From NCBI RefSeq assembly GCF_963921235.1, contig NC_086100.1:201688001-201752000 (forward strand): a DNA stretch of 64,000 bases, read 5' to 3'. Positions 1-13,968 of this stretch are shown here, piece by piece. The position numbers and the translations under genes were made by a program. Each line of letters begins with the position of its first letter. Positions within the stretch are counted from its first letter, which is position 1. A model generated the notes under the pieces. The model saw nothing but the letters and a program-made list of their open reading frames with translations, ran no database searches and was not told where the DNA came from. This stretch comes from Mobula hypostoma (lineage: Eukaryota).

Positions 1-1380
1 AATGCCTTGCTGAAATCGATATACACTACATCTACTGCTCTTCCTTCATCAATGTGTTTAGTCACATCCTCAAAAATTCAATCAGGCTCGTAAGACACGA
101 CCTGCCCTTGACAAAGCCATGCTGACTATTCCTAATCATATTATACCTCTCCAAATGTTCATAAATCCTGCCTCTCAGGATCTTCTCCATCAACTTACCA
201 ACCACTGAAGTAAGACTCACTGATCTATAATTTCCTGGGCTATCACTATTCCCTTTCTTGAATAATGGAACAACATCTGCAACCCTCCAATCCTCCGGAA
301 CCTCTCCCGTCCCCATTGATGATGCAAAGATTATCGCCAGAGGCTCAGCAATCTCCTCCCTCGCCTCCCACAGTAGCCTGGGGTACATCTCATCCGGTCC
401 CGGCGACTTATCCAACTTGATGCTTTCCAAAAGCTCCAGCACATCCTCTTTCTTAATATCTACATGCTCAAGGTCTTCAGTCCGCTGCAAGTCATCACTA
501 CAATCACCAAGATCCTTTTCCATAGTGAATACCAAAGTAAAGTATTCATTAAGTACCTCTGCTATTTCCTCCGGTACCATACACACTTTCCCATTGTCAC
601 ACTTGATAGGTCCTATTCTTTCGCGTCTTATCCTCTTGGTCTTCACATACTTGTAGAATGCTTTCGGGTTTTCCTTAATCTGCCCGCCAAGGCCTTCTCA
701 TGGCCCCTTCTGGCTCTCCTAATTTCCTTCTTAAGTTATTGACCCCTTCCTGTTCCTGACCTCCACCCACAGAGATTTACTACTGCCTTTGCACACCACA
801 GTTCCTGTACCCTACCATAACTTCCCTGTCTCATTGGAATGGACCTATGCAGGATTCCACACAAATATCTCCTGTTCCTTTCCCTGAGAACATCTGTTCC
901 CAATTTATACTTCCAAGTTCCTGCCTGATAGCTTCATAACTCCCCTTACTCCAAATAAATGCTTTTCTAACTTGTCTATTCCTACCTCTCTCCAATGCTA
1001 TTGTAAAGGAGATAGAATTTTGATCACTATCTCCAAAATGCTCTCCCACTGAGAGATCTGACACCTGACCAGGTTCATTTCCCAATACCAGATCAAATCA
1101 AGTACAGTCTCTCCTCTTGTAGGCTTATCTACATATTGTGTCAAGAAACCTTTCTGAACACACCTAACAAACTCCACCCCATCTAATCCCCTTGCTGTAG
1201 GGAGATGCCAATCGATATTTGGAAAATTAAAATCTCCCAGCACAACTCTTATTATCACACCTTTCCAGGATCTGTTTCCCTATCTGCTCCTCGATATCCC
1301 TGTTACTATTGGGCAGCCTATAAAAAACACCCAGAAAAGTCATTGACCCCTTCCTGTTCCTAACCTCCACCCTCCATGAT

Positions 1381-2504
1381 GTCATAGTCATAGTCATACT
1401 TTATTGATCTCGGGGGAAATTAGTTTTCATTACAGTTGCACCATAAATAATAAATAGTAATAGAACCATAAATAGTTAAATAGTAATATGTAAATTATGC
1501 CAGAAAGTTATGAAATAAGTCCAGGACCAGCCTATCGGCTCAGGGTGTCTGACCCTCCAAGGGAGGAGTTGTAAAGTTTGATGGCCACAGGCAGGAATGA
1601 CTTCCTATGACGCTCTGTGTTGCATCTCGGTGGAATGAGTCTCTGGCTGAATGTACTCCTGTGCCCACCAAGTACATTATGTAGTGGATGGGAGACATTG
1701 ACCAAGATGGCATGCAACTTAGACAGCATCCTCTTTGCAGACACCACCGTGAGAGAGTCCAGTTCCATCCCTACAACTTCACTGGCGTTACTAATGAGTT
1801 TGTTGATTCTGATGGTGTCTGCTACCCTCAGCCTGCTGCCCCAGCACACGACAGCAAACATGATAGCACTGGCCACCAGAGACTCGTAGAACATCCTCAG
1901 CATCGTCTGGCAGATGTTAAAGGACCTCAGTCTCCTCAGGAAATAGAGACGGCTCTGACCCTTCTTGTAGACAGCCTCAGTGTTCTTAGACCAGTCCAGT
2001 TTATTGTCAATTCGTATGCCCAGGTATTTGTAATCCTCCACCATGTCCACACTGACCCCCTGGATGGAAACAGGGGTTACCAGTACCTTAGCTCTCCTCA
2101 GGTCTACCACCAGATCCTTAGTCTTTTTCACATTAAGCTGCAGATAATTCTGCTCACACCATGACCAAGTTTCCTACCGTAGCCCTGTAGTCAGCCTCAT
2201 CTCCCTTGCTGATGCACCAACTATGGCAGAGTCATCCGAAAACTTCTGAAGATGACAAGACTCTGTGCAGTAGTTGAAGTCCGAGGTGTAAATGGTGAAG
2301 AGAAAGGGCGACAAGACAGTCCCCTGTGGAGCCCCAGTGCTGCTGATCACTCTGTTTGACACACAGTGTTGCAAGCACACATACTGTGGTCTGCCAGTCA
2401 GGTAATCAAGAATCCATGATACCAGGGAAGCATCCACCTGCATCGCTGTCAGCTTCTCCCCCAGCAGAGCAGGACGGATGGTGTTGAACGCACTGGAGAA
2501 GTCC
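1381..2504 (-). mobile_element. Rex1/Babar-type LINE, 5'-truncated RT and C-terminus
   Basis: Motifs DFSSAFNTI, TGAPQGTVLSPFLF, KFSDDSAIVG, KTKDLVVDLRR and [11 protein letters not shown]. The 3' end is AATAAA followed by a (TATGAC)n tail on the minus strand. Confidence 0.85.
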
Positions 2505-2562
2505 ACCTTTTCTGCAGCCGTGGCACTATCTCTGATCAACAGTGCCATGCCCCCACCTCTTT

Positions 2563-4950
2563 TAGAACCATAGAACCATAGAAACTACCGCACAGAAACA
2601 GGCCTTTTGGCCCTTCTTGGCTGTGCCGAACCATTTTCTGCCTAGTCCCACTGACCTGTACACGGACCATATCCCTCCATACACCTCCCATCCATGTATC
2701 TGTCCAATTTATTCCTAAATGTTAAAAAAGAACCCGCATTTACCACCTCGCCTGGCAGCTCATTCCATACTCCCACTACTCTCTGTGTGAAGAAGCCCCC
2801 CCTAATGTTCCCTTTAAACTTTTCCCCCCTCACCCTTAACCCATGTCCTCTGGTTTTTCTCTCCTCTTGCCTCAGTGGAAAAAGCCTGCTTGCATTCACT
2901 CTATCTATACCCATCATAATTTTATATACCTCTATCAAATCTCCCCTCATTCTTCTACGCTCCAGGGAATAAAGTCCTAACCTATTCAACCTTTTATGTA
3001 ACTGAGTTTCTCAAGTCCCGGCAACATCCTTGTAAACCTTCTCTGCACTCTTTCAACCTTATTTATATCCTTCCTGTAATTTGGTGACCAAAACTGAACA
3101 CAATACTCCAGATTCGGCCTCACCAATGCCTTATACAACCTCATCATAACATTCCAGCTCTTATACTCAATACTTCGATTAATAAAGGCCAATGTACTAA
3201 AAGCTCTCTTTACGACCCTATCTACCTGTGACGACACTTTTAGGGAATTTTGTATCTGTATTCCCAGATCCCTCTGTTCCACTGCACTCCTCAGTGCCTT
3301 ACCATTAACCCTGTATGTTCTATGTTGGTTTGTCCTTCCAACGTGCAATACCTCACACTTGTCTGCATTAAACTCCATCTGCCATTTTTCAGCCCATTTT
3401 TCCAGCTGGTCCAAGTCCCTCTGCAGGCTCTGAAAACCTTCCTCACTGTCTACTACACCTCCAATCTTTGTATCATCAGCAAATTTGCTGATCCAATTTA
3501 CCACATTATCATCCAGATCATTGATATAGATGACAAATAACAATGGACCCAGCACTGATCCCTGTGGCACATCACTAGTCACAGGCCTCCACTCGGAGAA
3601 GCAATTCTCTATTACCACTCTTTGGCTTTTTCCATTGAGCCAATGTCTGATCCAATTTACCACCTCTCCATGTATACCTAGCAACTGAATTTTCCTAACT
3701 AAACTCCCAGGAGGGACCTTGTCAAAGGCCTTACTGAAGTCCATGTAAACAATATCCACTGCCTTCCCTTCATCCACTTTCCTGGTAACCTCCTCGAAAA
3801 ACTCCAATAAATTGGTCAAACATGACCTGCCACGCACAAAGCCATGTTGACTCTCCCTAATAAGTCCCTGTCTATCCAAATGCTTGTAGATTCTGTCTCT
3901 TAGTACTCCCTCCAATAACTTACCTACTACCGACGTTAAACTTACCGGCCTATAATTTCCCGGATTACTTTTCGGTCCTTTTTTAAACAACGGAACAACA
4001 TAAGCCACTCTCCAATCCTCCGGCACCTCACCTGTAGACAGCGACATTTTAAATATTTCTGCCAGGGCCCCTGCAATTTCAACACCAGTCTCCTTCAAGG
4101 TCCGAGGGAACACCCTGTCAGCTCCGGGGGATTTATCCACTTTAATTTTCCTCAAGACAGCAAGGATCTCCGCCTTTTCAATCTGTACAGTTTCCATGAT
4201 CTCACTACTTGTTTCCCCTAATTCCATAGACTTCATGCCAGTTTCCTTAGTAAATACAGACGCAAAAAACCTATTTAAGATCTCCCCCATTTCCTTTGGT
4301 TCCGCACATAGGCGACCACTCTGATCTTCAAGAGGACCAATTTTATCCCTTACAATCCTTTTGCTCTTAATATACCTGTTAAAAACTCGTTGGATTATCC
4401 TTCACTTTGACTGCCAATGCAACCTCATGTCTTCTTTTAGCACTCCTGATTTCTTTCTTAAGTATTTTCTTGCACTTCTTATACTCCTCAAGCACCTTAT
4501 TTACTCCCTGCTTCCTATACATGTCATACAACTCCCTCTTCTTCTTTATCAGAGTTGCAATATCCCTTGAGAACCAAGGTTCCTTATTCCTATTCACTTT
4601 GCCTTTAATCCTGACAGGAACATACAAATTCTGCACTCTCAAAATTTCTCCTTTGAAGGCTTCCCACCTACCGATCACATCCTTGCCAGAGAACAACCTG
4701 TCCCAATCCACGCATTTTAAATTCTTTCTCATTTCTTCAAATTTGGCCTTCTTCCAGTTAAGAACCTCAACCCTAGGACCAGATCTATCCTTGTCCATGA
4801 TCAAGTTGAAACTAATGGTGTTATGATCACTGGAACCAAAGTGCTCCCCTACACAGACTTCCGTCACTTGTCCTAACTCGTTTCCTAACAGGAGATCCAA
4901 TATTGCATCCCCTCTAGTTGGTCCCTCTATATATTGATTTAGAAAACTTT
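2563..4950 (-). mobile_element. Young CR1 LINE, 5'-truncated, with near-intact RT (434-aa ORF 2986-4290)
   Basis: Motifs [23 protein letters not shown] and KFADDTK. It has a (TTCTATGG)n tail and is near-identical to the copies at 37221 and 50583. Confidence 0.92.
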
Positions 4951-5242
4951 TGCCTCCCTCTCTGTCCTTTCTGAAGCATCTAAAACCCGGCACTTGAAGT
5001 AAGCATTCCTGTCCCTGAGCCATCCAAGTCTCTGTAATGGCTACCACATCGTAGCTCCAAGTACTGATCCACACTCTAAGCTCATCTGCATTGTTCACAA
5101 TACTCATTGCGTTAAAATAGACACATCTCAAACCATCGGTCTGAGTGCATCCCTTCTCTATCACCTGCCCATCCTCCCTCACACACTGTCTCCAAGCTTT
5201 CTCTATTTGTGAGCCAACTGCATCTTCCCCTGTCTCTTCAGT

Positions 5243-8200
5243 AGAGGGAGAGAGTTCAGAGAAGATTCATGAGAATGATTCCAGGAATGAAATAGTTACC
5301 GTATGAGGAACGTCTAGAAGCTCTTGGGATGTATCCCTGGAGTTCAGGAGGGTAAGGGGGTTCTCATAGAAACGTTCCGAATGTTAAAAGGCCTGAACAG
5401 ATTAGATATGGCAAAATTATTTCCCATGGTAGGGGAGTCTAGGACAAGAGGGCACGTCTTTAGGATTGAAGGACGTCCATTTAGAACTGAGATGTGTACA
5501 AATTACTTTAGTCAGAGGGTGGTAGATCTGTGGAATTTGTTGCCAGAAGCGGCTGTGGAGGCCAAGTCATTGGGTGTATTTAAGGCAGAGATAGATGGGT
5601 TCTTGATTAGCCAGGGCATCAAAGGGTATGGGGAGAAGGCAGGGGAGTGGGAATGACTGGAAGAATTGGATTCATGACTGAATGTCAGAGCAGACTCAAT
5701 GGGCCGAATGGCCTACTTCTGCTCCTATAGCTTATGGTCTTATAGGAAAGTTGTTTCCACTGGTATGTGAAAGTAGAGCTAGGCGACATAGCCTGAAGGT
5801 TTGGGGGAGTTAATTTAGGACACAGATGAGGAGAAACTGCTTTTCCCAAAGAGTGGTGAATCTGGAATGCTCTGCCCAATGAAGCAGTGGAGGCTACCTC
5901 AGTAAATATATTTAAGACAAAGTTGGATAGATTTTTGCATAGTAGGGGAATTAAGGTTATGGGTAAAAGTCAGGTCGTTAGACATGAGTCCATGGTCAGA
6001 TCAGCCACGATCTTATTGAATGGCGGTGCTGCTTGATGGTTCGGATGCCCTACTCCTCCTATTTCTTATGTTCTTATGTTGGAGTCCATCGTTAAGAATG
6101 TGGTTTCAGAGTACTGGAGGCACATGATAAAATAGGCCATAGTCAGCATGGCTTCCTCAGGGGAAAATCTTGCCTGACAAATTCGTTTGAATTATTTGGA
6201 GAATTAACAAGCAGCATAGACAAAAGAGAATCGGTTAATGTTGTGTACTTGGATTTTCAGAAGGCCTTGGACAAGGTGCCACACATGAGGCTGCTTAACA
6301 TGCTATGAACCCATGGTATTACAGGAAAGATTCTAGCATGAATAGAGCAGTGGTTGATTGGCAGGAGGGAAAGAGTGTGAATAAAGGAAGCCTTTTCTCG
6401 TTGATGCCAGTGACTAGTGGTGTTCCATAGGGGCCTGTGTTGAGAATCAACTATTTTTACGTTACATGTCAATGATTTGGATTTTGGAATTGATGGTTTT
6501 GTTGCAAAGTTTGCAGGCGATATGAAGATAGGTGGATGGTCAGATTAGGAGAATGGGCATAGAAGTGGCAAATGGAATACAGTGTCGGGAAGTGTATGGT
6601 CATGCACTTTGGTAGAAGAAATAAAAGGGTTGACTGTTTTCTAAATGGAGAGAAAATACAGAAAACTGAGGTGTAAATGGACTTGGAAGTCACTGTCCAG
6701 GATACCCTCAAGGCTAACTTGCAGGTCAAAGGAGGTTCACAAATGGTTCTGTGATTGAAAGGCTTGTCATACGAGGATCATTTAATGGCTCTGGGTCTGT
6801 ATTCACTGGGTGTTCCAAACTCACATTGAAACCTATGGAATGTTGAAAGGCCTCAGAGTGGATGAGGGGAGGATGCTTCCAGTGGTGGGAGAGTCCAGAG
6901 GACACAGCCTCAGAATAGAGGGATGCCCATTTAGAACAGAAATGTGGAGAAATTTATTTAGCCAGAGAGTGATGTATCTGTGGAATTCGTTGCCACAGGT
7001 GGCTATGGAGGCCAAGTCATTAGGTATATTTAAGGCAGAGTTTGACAGAATCTTTATTAGTCAGAGCTTGAAGAAATATGGGGAGAAGGCAGGAGATTTG
7101 GGCTGAGAGGAAATTGGATCTGCCATGATGAAATAGTGGAGCAGACTTGGTGGGCCAAATGGACTAATTCTGTTGCTCCTGTATCTTATGGTCTTATGGA
7201 TACTGTTTCAGGAGTTGTGGGGGGGCAGGTGTGGATCAACCTACGAGGGGGAAGCTGTGGCAACCATGTACTGGGACTGAGTTTGGCTCTGTGGCTCAGA
7301 AGGGAAGAGTGGGAGGAGAGAAGAGCAGTGGTGATAGGACATTCATTATTTAGAAGAGCAGGCAGGAGATTTTGTGGGTGTGAAAGAGACATCCAGATAG
7401 TGTGTTGCCTCTCAGGTGCCAGAGTCAGGAACGTCTCAGATCATGTCCACGGCATTCTGAACGGCAGGGTGAACAGCCGGAAGTCATGGTACATATTGGT
7501 ACTAATGACATAGGTTGGAAAAAGGCTGAGGTCCTGAAGAGAGAATAAAGGGAGCTAGGTAGAAAGGTGTAAAGCAAGACCTCGAGGTCTTATGTGAGGG
7601 GAGGGAAGGGTTGGATTGATCGTAGAGTTGGTTGAAATGTCGGTACATAATGATGGGCTGAAGGGCCTGTAGTGTGCTGTAGAGTTCTATGTTCTATTAT
7701 GGATGTACAAAATGTTGATGGAACTGCACTGTGTAGCTCGGGTTACTGTACTAAAGGAAGGATGTGATTAAGCTAGGGAGGGTGCAAAAAATTTTTCAAA
7801 AATGTTGCTGACATGACCTGCTGAGTTCCTCCAGTGTTTTGCATGTGTTGTTGGGATTGAAGGGAATAAATTATGGTTTTATGAATAGGCTGGCACTGTC
7901 TTCCTGGAGTGAAGGAGACTGAGGGGTGACCATATAGAGCAATAGATGTAAGAGATTGTTACAGTCTTTTCCCAGAGTTGGGGAATCTGTAACTGGAGAC
8001 ATAGGTTTGGAATGATAAGGGAAAGATTTAAAGGGAACCTGAGGAACAACTACTTCACACAGAGGATGGTGGGTGTCTGGAACAAGATGTCAGAAGAAGT
8101 GGTAGAGGTAGAATATAACATTTATGAGACATTTGAAAGATGCATGGTTAAGAAAGGTTTAGAGGAATTTTGGCCAAACACAGTCAAATTGGGTTAGCTT

Positions 8201-8280
8201 AGGTAGGTACCTTGGTCATGATGGACCTACAGGTAGGGCTGAAGGGCCTGTTTCTGTGCCATATATCTCTATGACTACAA
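5243..8280 (+). mobile_element. Cluster of decayed CR1 fragments (several 3' ends and an ORF1 esterase piece at about 7200-7590)
   Basis: Repeated TRGH..R...FSQRVV.LWN.LP C-termini with CTTATG(G/T)T tails. AVVIG.S..R and CCLSGARV fit the SGNH-like CR1 ORF1. Confidence 0.8.
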
Positions 8281-8376
8281 AACTCAAGCATAATATTTGC
8301 CGCCTTAATTCCCCATGTGCCTGCATGTTAACTTTCAGTAATTGTGTACAAGGACACTCAGATCAAAACTAATGGA

Positions 8377-8672
8377 TGCCACTGTAGCATAGCAGTAGTG
8401 TGACACTATTACATCTCAGGCTGTTCCGGAGTTCAGACTGCAATTCCCATGCCGTTCTGTAATGAATCATTGTGCTCCTCCCTATGGAATGTGTGGGTGC
8501 TCCAGTTTCCTCCCACTGTCTAAAGATGTACCGGGTAGGTTAATTTGTCATTGTAAATTGTCCCATGACGTGATTAGGTTAGGGTTAATAGGGTTGTGGG
8601 GTTGCTGAGGCAGTGTGGTTCAAAGCACTAGAAGGGCCTACTACTCCACACTGTATGCTAAATTTAAAAAAA
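8377..8672 (+). mobile_element. V-SINE (HE1-like)
   Basis: V-domain-like core gtgtgggtgctccagtttcctcccac..taaaga..gtaggttaatt..cattgtaaattgtccc, with a CR1-like 3' end (gaagggcct). A second copy lies at 42528. Confidence 0.7.
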
Positions 8673-8719
8673 CGGCCTTTGTTTATAATTGATCAGTGTG
8701 AACTTGTTTGTGATTTTAG

Positions 8720-8940
8720 GATTGATGTGGCTCCAGCAGTTCAAGGCAGAGGTGAACTTGCGCCATACATGTGAACAGGGTGATCGGCTGCCCAGCTATG
8801 GCTGGCTAATGCATGATGGCATCAACTTCGGGGTGCAGGAAATTAAAGAGAATGATTTCATTTTAACAACCGAGTTTGTGAAACGTCTTGGTGGGCAACA
8901 TGGTGGAGATTGGACTTGGAGAATCACTGCCAAACCACAG
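8720..8940 (+). CDS. MOGS: Mannosyl-oligosaccharide glucosidase (glucosidase I), coding exon 2
   Basis: Acceptor ttttag|GA (phase 1) and donor CAG|gtgtgt (phase 0). Encodes [43 protein letters not shown], matching the GH63 N-domain of MOGS. Confidence 0.95.
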
Positions 8941-9494
8941 GTGTGTTCATTGTATAAAGAAATCTAAATCTTACTTTTATTATTCATGTGATAATCTATC
9001 TGCACTGAAACATCATACTGAGAAGGTTTCATTAAAAATAGAACGCCACACCGAAGTACTCTTCCACATGTATTGTTCCTTGACTGTCTTGTCTACAAGC
9101 CACGTAAAGCACTGCATCTATTCAGATGATCATTTTTCCTGATTTCATCTGCAGCTGTTTTCTTCTCATCATCTCTCTCTGCAAATGTGATCTTTCAGTC
9201 AAAGTCATGAAGTCACCAGTACCACGTGAATGTGTGCCTGAAGAGTTAGTTCAGGAGGCAGGGATTAAGATTTTTGATCTCTTCTGGGACACAGGTGACC
9301 TGTACCAGAGGGCAGCATGCACCTGAGCTGGAGAGGTCCAATATCTTGGCAGGCAAATGTGCTTGTATTACTCAAGAGAGTTTAAGCTTAATTGGCTGAG
9401 AATGAGATCCAAGCAGCAGTGAGGTCGATGGGAGACTGGAAATTGATACAAAATTGAGTGGGAGCCAGAGATCGGGGTCAGAAAGTAAAGTGAA

Positions 9495-11530
9495 GTGCAG
9501 GTTTGCAGGTGCAGCAAGCCATCAGAAGGTAAATGGGATGTTGGCCTTCATTGCTAGAGGGAATGAATTTAAGAGCAGAGAGGTTATGCTGCAACTGTAA
9601 AGGGTACTGGTAAGGCTGCACCTGGAGTACTGCGTACAGTTCTGGTCTCCTTACTTAAGGAAGGAAATACTTGCAGTGGAGATAGTGCAGAGGAGGTTCG
9701 CCAGATTGATTCCAGAGATGATAGGGTTAGACTATGAGGAGAGTTCGAGTCATCTGGGATTGTATTCACTGGAATTCAGAAGAATGAGGGGATCTTATAG
9801 AAACATATAAAATTATGAAAGGAATAGATAAGATAGAGGCAGAAAGTTGTTTCCTCTGATAGGTGAGACTAAAACTAGGGGATTTAGCCTCAAGACTCAA
9901 GGGAGTAGATTTAGGACGGAGATGAGGAGGAACTGCTTTTCCCAGAGAGTGGTGAATCTGTGGAATTCCCTGCCAAATGAAGCAGTGGAGCCTACCTCAG
10001 TAAATATATTTAAGACAAGGTTGGATAGATTCTTGCATAGTAGGGGAAATAAGGGTTATGGGGAAAAGGCAGGTAGGTGGAGATGAGTCCACGGCCAGAT
10101 CAGCCAGGATCTTATTGTGTTACGAAGCAGGTTCGATGGGCCAGATGGCCGACTCCTGCTCCTATTTCTTATGTTCTTGACAAGCAGGAGCAGAGTAGTA
10201 GACATGATAGAGCAAGGGTGCTTATTTCAATGCAAGGAGAATTAAGGGTAAGGGAGATGAACTTAGAGCATGGAACAATGATGTGTCCATTACAGGGGCT
10301 TGTTTGAGAGAGGGATAGGATTAGTTGTTTATTGTTCCAGGAAATGAAAGAGAAATAAGTTAAAAAGGGGAAGGAATTGCACAGTTAATCAGGGACAAAA
10401 TCACAGCAGCGCTCAGAAGGGGACATAATGGAGGCCTCATCCACAATATGGGCTGAACTCAAAAACAGGAAGTGCAATCCTAACCATCCCTCCCCCTCAA
10501 AAACTACTGGCACATTGATCACAGATATGCCAGCAGATTAGGGAAAGGTACAAAACAACTGTTTTTGTAGGTGGTGGCTTACTGTTCCTCGATTTAGATT
10601 GGGACCTCCTTAGCACAAGAGGATTAGATGGGATGGAATTTATGAGGTATGTCAAAGAGAGTTCTTCATACTGTATGGGAATAGTCAAGTAATGGAGGGG
10701 GCCTGGTACTAGGACATGACCTGGCCAGATGACTTGACGTTTGAGTGGAAGAACATTTACGAAACTGTAATCATAATTCTATCTTAGATTGGGTGTTGTG
10801 TAATAACCCAGATCTTATTAGGGAGCTTAATGTAAATGAACCCTTAGGAGGCAGTGATGATAATATGATTGAATTCATACTGCAGTTTGAGAGGGAGAAG
10901 CATAAGTCACATGTATCAGTATCGCAATGGAATAAAGGGAATTAAAGAGGCATGAGAGAGAAGCTTGTCCAGGTGGATTGGAGGAGGATACTGGTGGGGA
11001 TGACAGCGGAGCAGAGGTGGCTGAAGTTTCTGGGAATAGTTCACAAGACACAAGATAGATATGTCCCACAGAGTTTTCAAATGGCAGGGGTAGGCAACCA
11101 TGGCTGACAAAGGAAGTTAAGGAAAGGGCATACAAGGTTGCAAAAGTGAGTGGGAAGTTGGATGATTAGAAAGCTTTTAAAATCCAACAAAAGGTAACTA
11201 AAAAAGCTATAAGAAGGAAAGAAATTAAATATGAGGGCAATCTAGCCAATAATATAAAGCAGGATACTAAAACTTTTCTGAGTTATATAAAGAGTAAAAG
11301 GGAGGTGAGAGTTAATATTGGACCACTGGAAAATGATACTCATGAGGTAGTAATGGGGGACAAAGAAATGGCAGATGAACTTAATAGGTACTTTGCATCA
11401 ATCTTCACTGTGGAAGACACTGGCAATGTGCCAGAGGTCCATGAGTGTCAGGGAACAGGAGTGAGTGCCATTGCTATTACAAAGGAAAAAGTGCTAGGCA
11501 AACTCAAAGGTGGATAAGTCACCTGGACCA
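9495..11530 (+). mobile_element. CR1 fragments (3' end about 9495-10180; endonuclease/linker pieces about 10300-11530)
   Basis: Motifs FSQRVVNLWNSLP, ILDWVLCNNPDLI and IGPLENDT..ELNRYFASIFT. Confidence 0.8.
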
Positions 11531-11809
11531 GTCTCGGCCTGAAACGTCGACTGCACCTCTTCCTATAGATGCTGCTTGGCCTGCTGCGTTCACCAGCAAC
11601 TTTGATGTATGTTGCATGAAATAGTGGAGCTGACTCAATGGGCCAAATGGCCTAATTCTGCTCCTATATCTATGGTCTTAGATGTACAAAATCATGAGGG
11701 ACACAGATAGAGTGAATGTGTAGTCTTTTTCCTAGGGTTGAGGAATAAAGTACTAAAAGGCATCGTTTTAGGGTTAGGAAATCCTCTGGAGAGGATTCTT
11801 AAGGACAGA

Positions 11810-13760
11810 ATTAAAATCCTCCTCTTACTTACCCCTCGAACAGGATCCCCCTAAGGAGCACCAGGCCATTGTCTCCCACATCATCACTGACCTTATTAGC
11901 TCTGGAGATCACCCATCCACTGTCACCAACCTCATAGTTCCCGCACTCCGCAGCTCCTGTTTCTATCTCCTGCCTAAGATGCACAAACCTGCTTGTCCAG
12001 GTAGACCCATTGTTTCAGCTTATTCCTGCCCACTGTACTCATGTATCGGCATAGCTCGACTTTGTCTTATCTTCTCTCTCCTCCCCCCCCCCCCGCCCAG
12101 TTCAGTCCCTTCATACTTACATCCGTGACACTTCACATGGTCTGGATCTTTTAAATTATTTCAAGTTCCTTGGCCCCCATCATCTTTTCACTATAGATGT
12201 ACAGTCCCTATACACCTCCATCCCCCACAAGGAAGGCCTCAAACTTCTCTGTTTCTTTCTGGGCACCAAACCCAACCAGTTCCCCTCCGCCACCACACTC
12301 CTCCATCTAGCGGGACTTGTCCTCACCCTTGATACTTTCTTCTTTGTCTCCTCCCACTTCCCTCAAACAAAAGATATAGCTATGGGCACTCACATGGGTC
12401 TTAGCTATGTCTGTCTTTTTGTCGACTACGTGGAACAGTCTATGGTGACCGTCCCCCACTTTCCCTACGCTACGTTGACGACTGCATTGGTGCTGCTACC
12501 TGCACCCATGCAGAGCTTGTCGACTTCATCAACCTTGCCTCCAACTTCCACCCTGCCCTCAAATTTACCTGGTCCATTTCTGACACCTTCCTCCCCTTCC
12601 TTGATCTCACTGTCTCTATCTCTGGAGACAGCTAATCTATTGATGTCTATTACAAACGCATAGACTCTCAAAACTATCTGGTCAATTCCTCTTCCCACCC
12701 TGTTGTAAAAACGCCATCCCCTTTTCTCAATTCCTCCATCTCCGCCTCATCTGCTCTCAGGATGAGGCTTTTCATTCTAGAACAAAGGAGATGTCCTCTT
12801 TTTTCAAAGGAAGGAGGTTTCCTTCCTCTACCATCAATGCATTTCACGCACATCTGCTCTTACCCCAATCATCTCGCCACCCCTCCAGGGATAGGGTTCC
12901 TCTTGTCCTTACGTACCACTCCACCACCCTCCGCATCCAACACATACTTCTCCGGAACTTCCACCATCTCCAACAGGTTCTCACAACAAAGCACATCTTT
13001 TCCTGCCCCCGCCATCCTTTCTGCTTTCCGCAGGGATTGCTCCATACGTGACTCACTTGTCCATTTGTCGCTCCCCAATGATCTCTTTCCTGACACATAT
13101 CCTTGCAAGCAGAACAAGTGCTACACCTGCCCCTACACCTCCTCCCTCACTACCATTCAGGACCCCCAATAGTCCTTCCAGTTGAGGCAATACTTCACCT
13201 GTGAGTCTGCTAGCGGTGTATACTGTATCTGAAGCTGCTGATATAGATTGGGAGACCATTTTGCTGAGCACCTGTCCACCAGAAGAAGCAGCATCTCCCA
13301 GTGGCCACCCATTTTAATTCCACTTCCCATTCCCATTCCAGTAATGCCCCTCACCCCCTCCACCATTCCTCATCACCTTTTCCTTCTCTCACCTCATCTC
13401 CTTGCCTGCTCATTGCCTCCTTCTGGTGCTTCTCCCCACTTTTTTTCTTCCATGGCCTTCTGTTCTCTTTTATCCAACTCTCCCTTCTTCAGCCCTGTAT
13501 CTCTTTTACCAATCAACTTCCAAGCTCTTTACTTCATCCCTCCCCTTCCCAGTTTCACCTGTCACCTTATATTTCTCCCTTCCCTCCCCCACCTTTCAAA
13601 TCTACTCCTCAGCTTTTTCCTCTGGTCTTGCTGAAGGGTCTTGGCCCAAAAGGTTGACTGTACTTTTTTCCATAGATGCTACCTGCCCTGCTGAGTTTCT
13701 TCAGCGTTTTGTGTGTGATGCTCAGATTTCCAGCATCTACAGGTTTTCCCTTGTTGGAGA
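11810..13760 (+). mobile_element. Penelope-like element (degenerate RT, GIY-YIG-linked Zn motif and 3' terminal repeat)
   Basis: Broken frames read FYLLPKMHKP..PGRPIVS, YIRDT, DVQSLYTSIPH, AMGTHMG.SY and CKQNKCYTCP..FTCES..VYCI. It ends in the repeat seen in many short copies across the window. Confidence 0.85.
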
Positions 13761-13968
13761 TTAAAATTGTTTTTTTATCAATGTCACATGTCATGAAATT
13801 TGTTGCTTTGTGGCAGCAGAAAAGTTCAAGCCATTAAAAAAAAACTGCTATAAGATAGAATAAAAGAGGAATAGTGAGGTAGTGTTCATGGGTTCCCCTG
13901 TACCTCACTGTGTTGGTAATAATGTGAAGAGGGCATGCTCCGGATGGTGAGTGTCCTTATGATGGACG

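Larger units (their letters stand above)
1..5240 (-). mobile_element. CR1 LINE ORF2 fragment (endonuclease and start of RT), split by two nested insertions; host parts about 1-1380, 2502-2562 and 4951-5240
   Basis: ORFs carry KSPGPD..PR, GNYRSVSLTSVVGKLME and SQHGFVKGRSCLT (CR1 RT), plus VLGDFNFPNIDW and YDVVAITETW (APE endonuclease). The host pieces rejoin seamlessly when compared with the sister copy near 27360-27700. Confidence 0.9.

Noticed and set aside
4379..5182. 267-aa endonuclease-like ORF
   Set aside because: A chance in-frame chimera of two CR1 copies across the insertion junction at about 4950.
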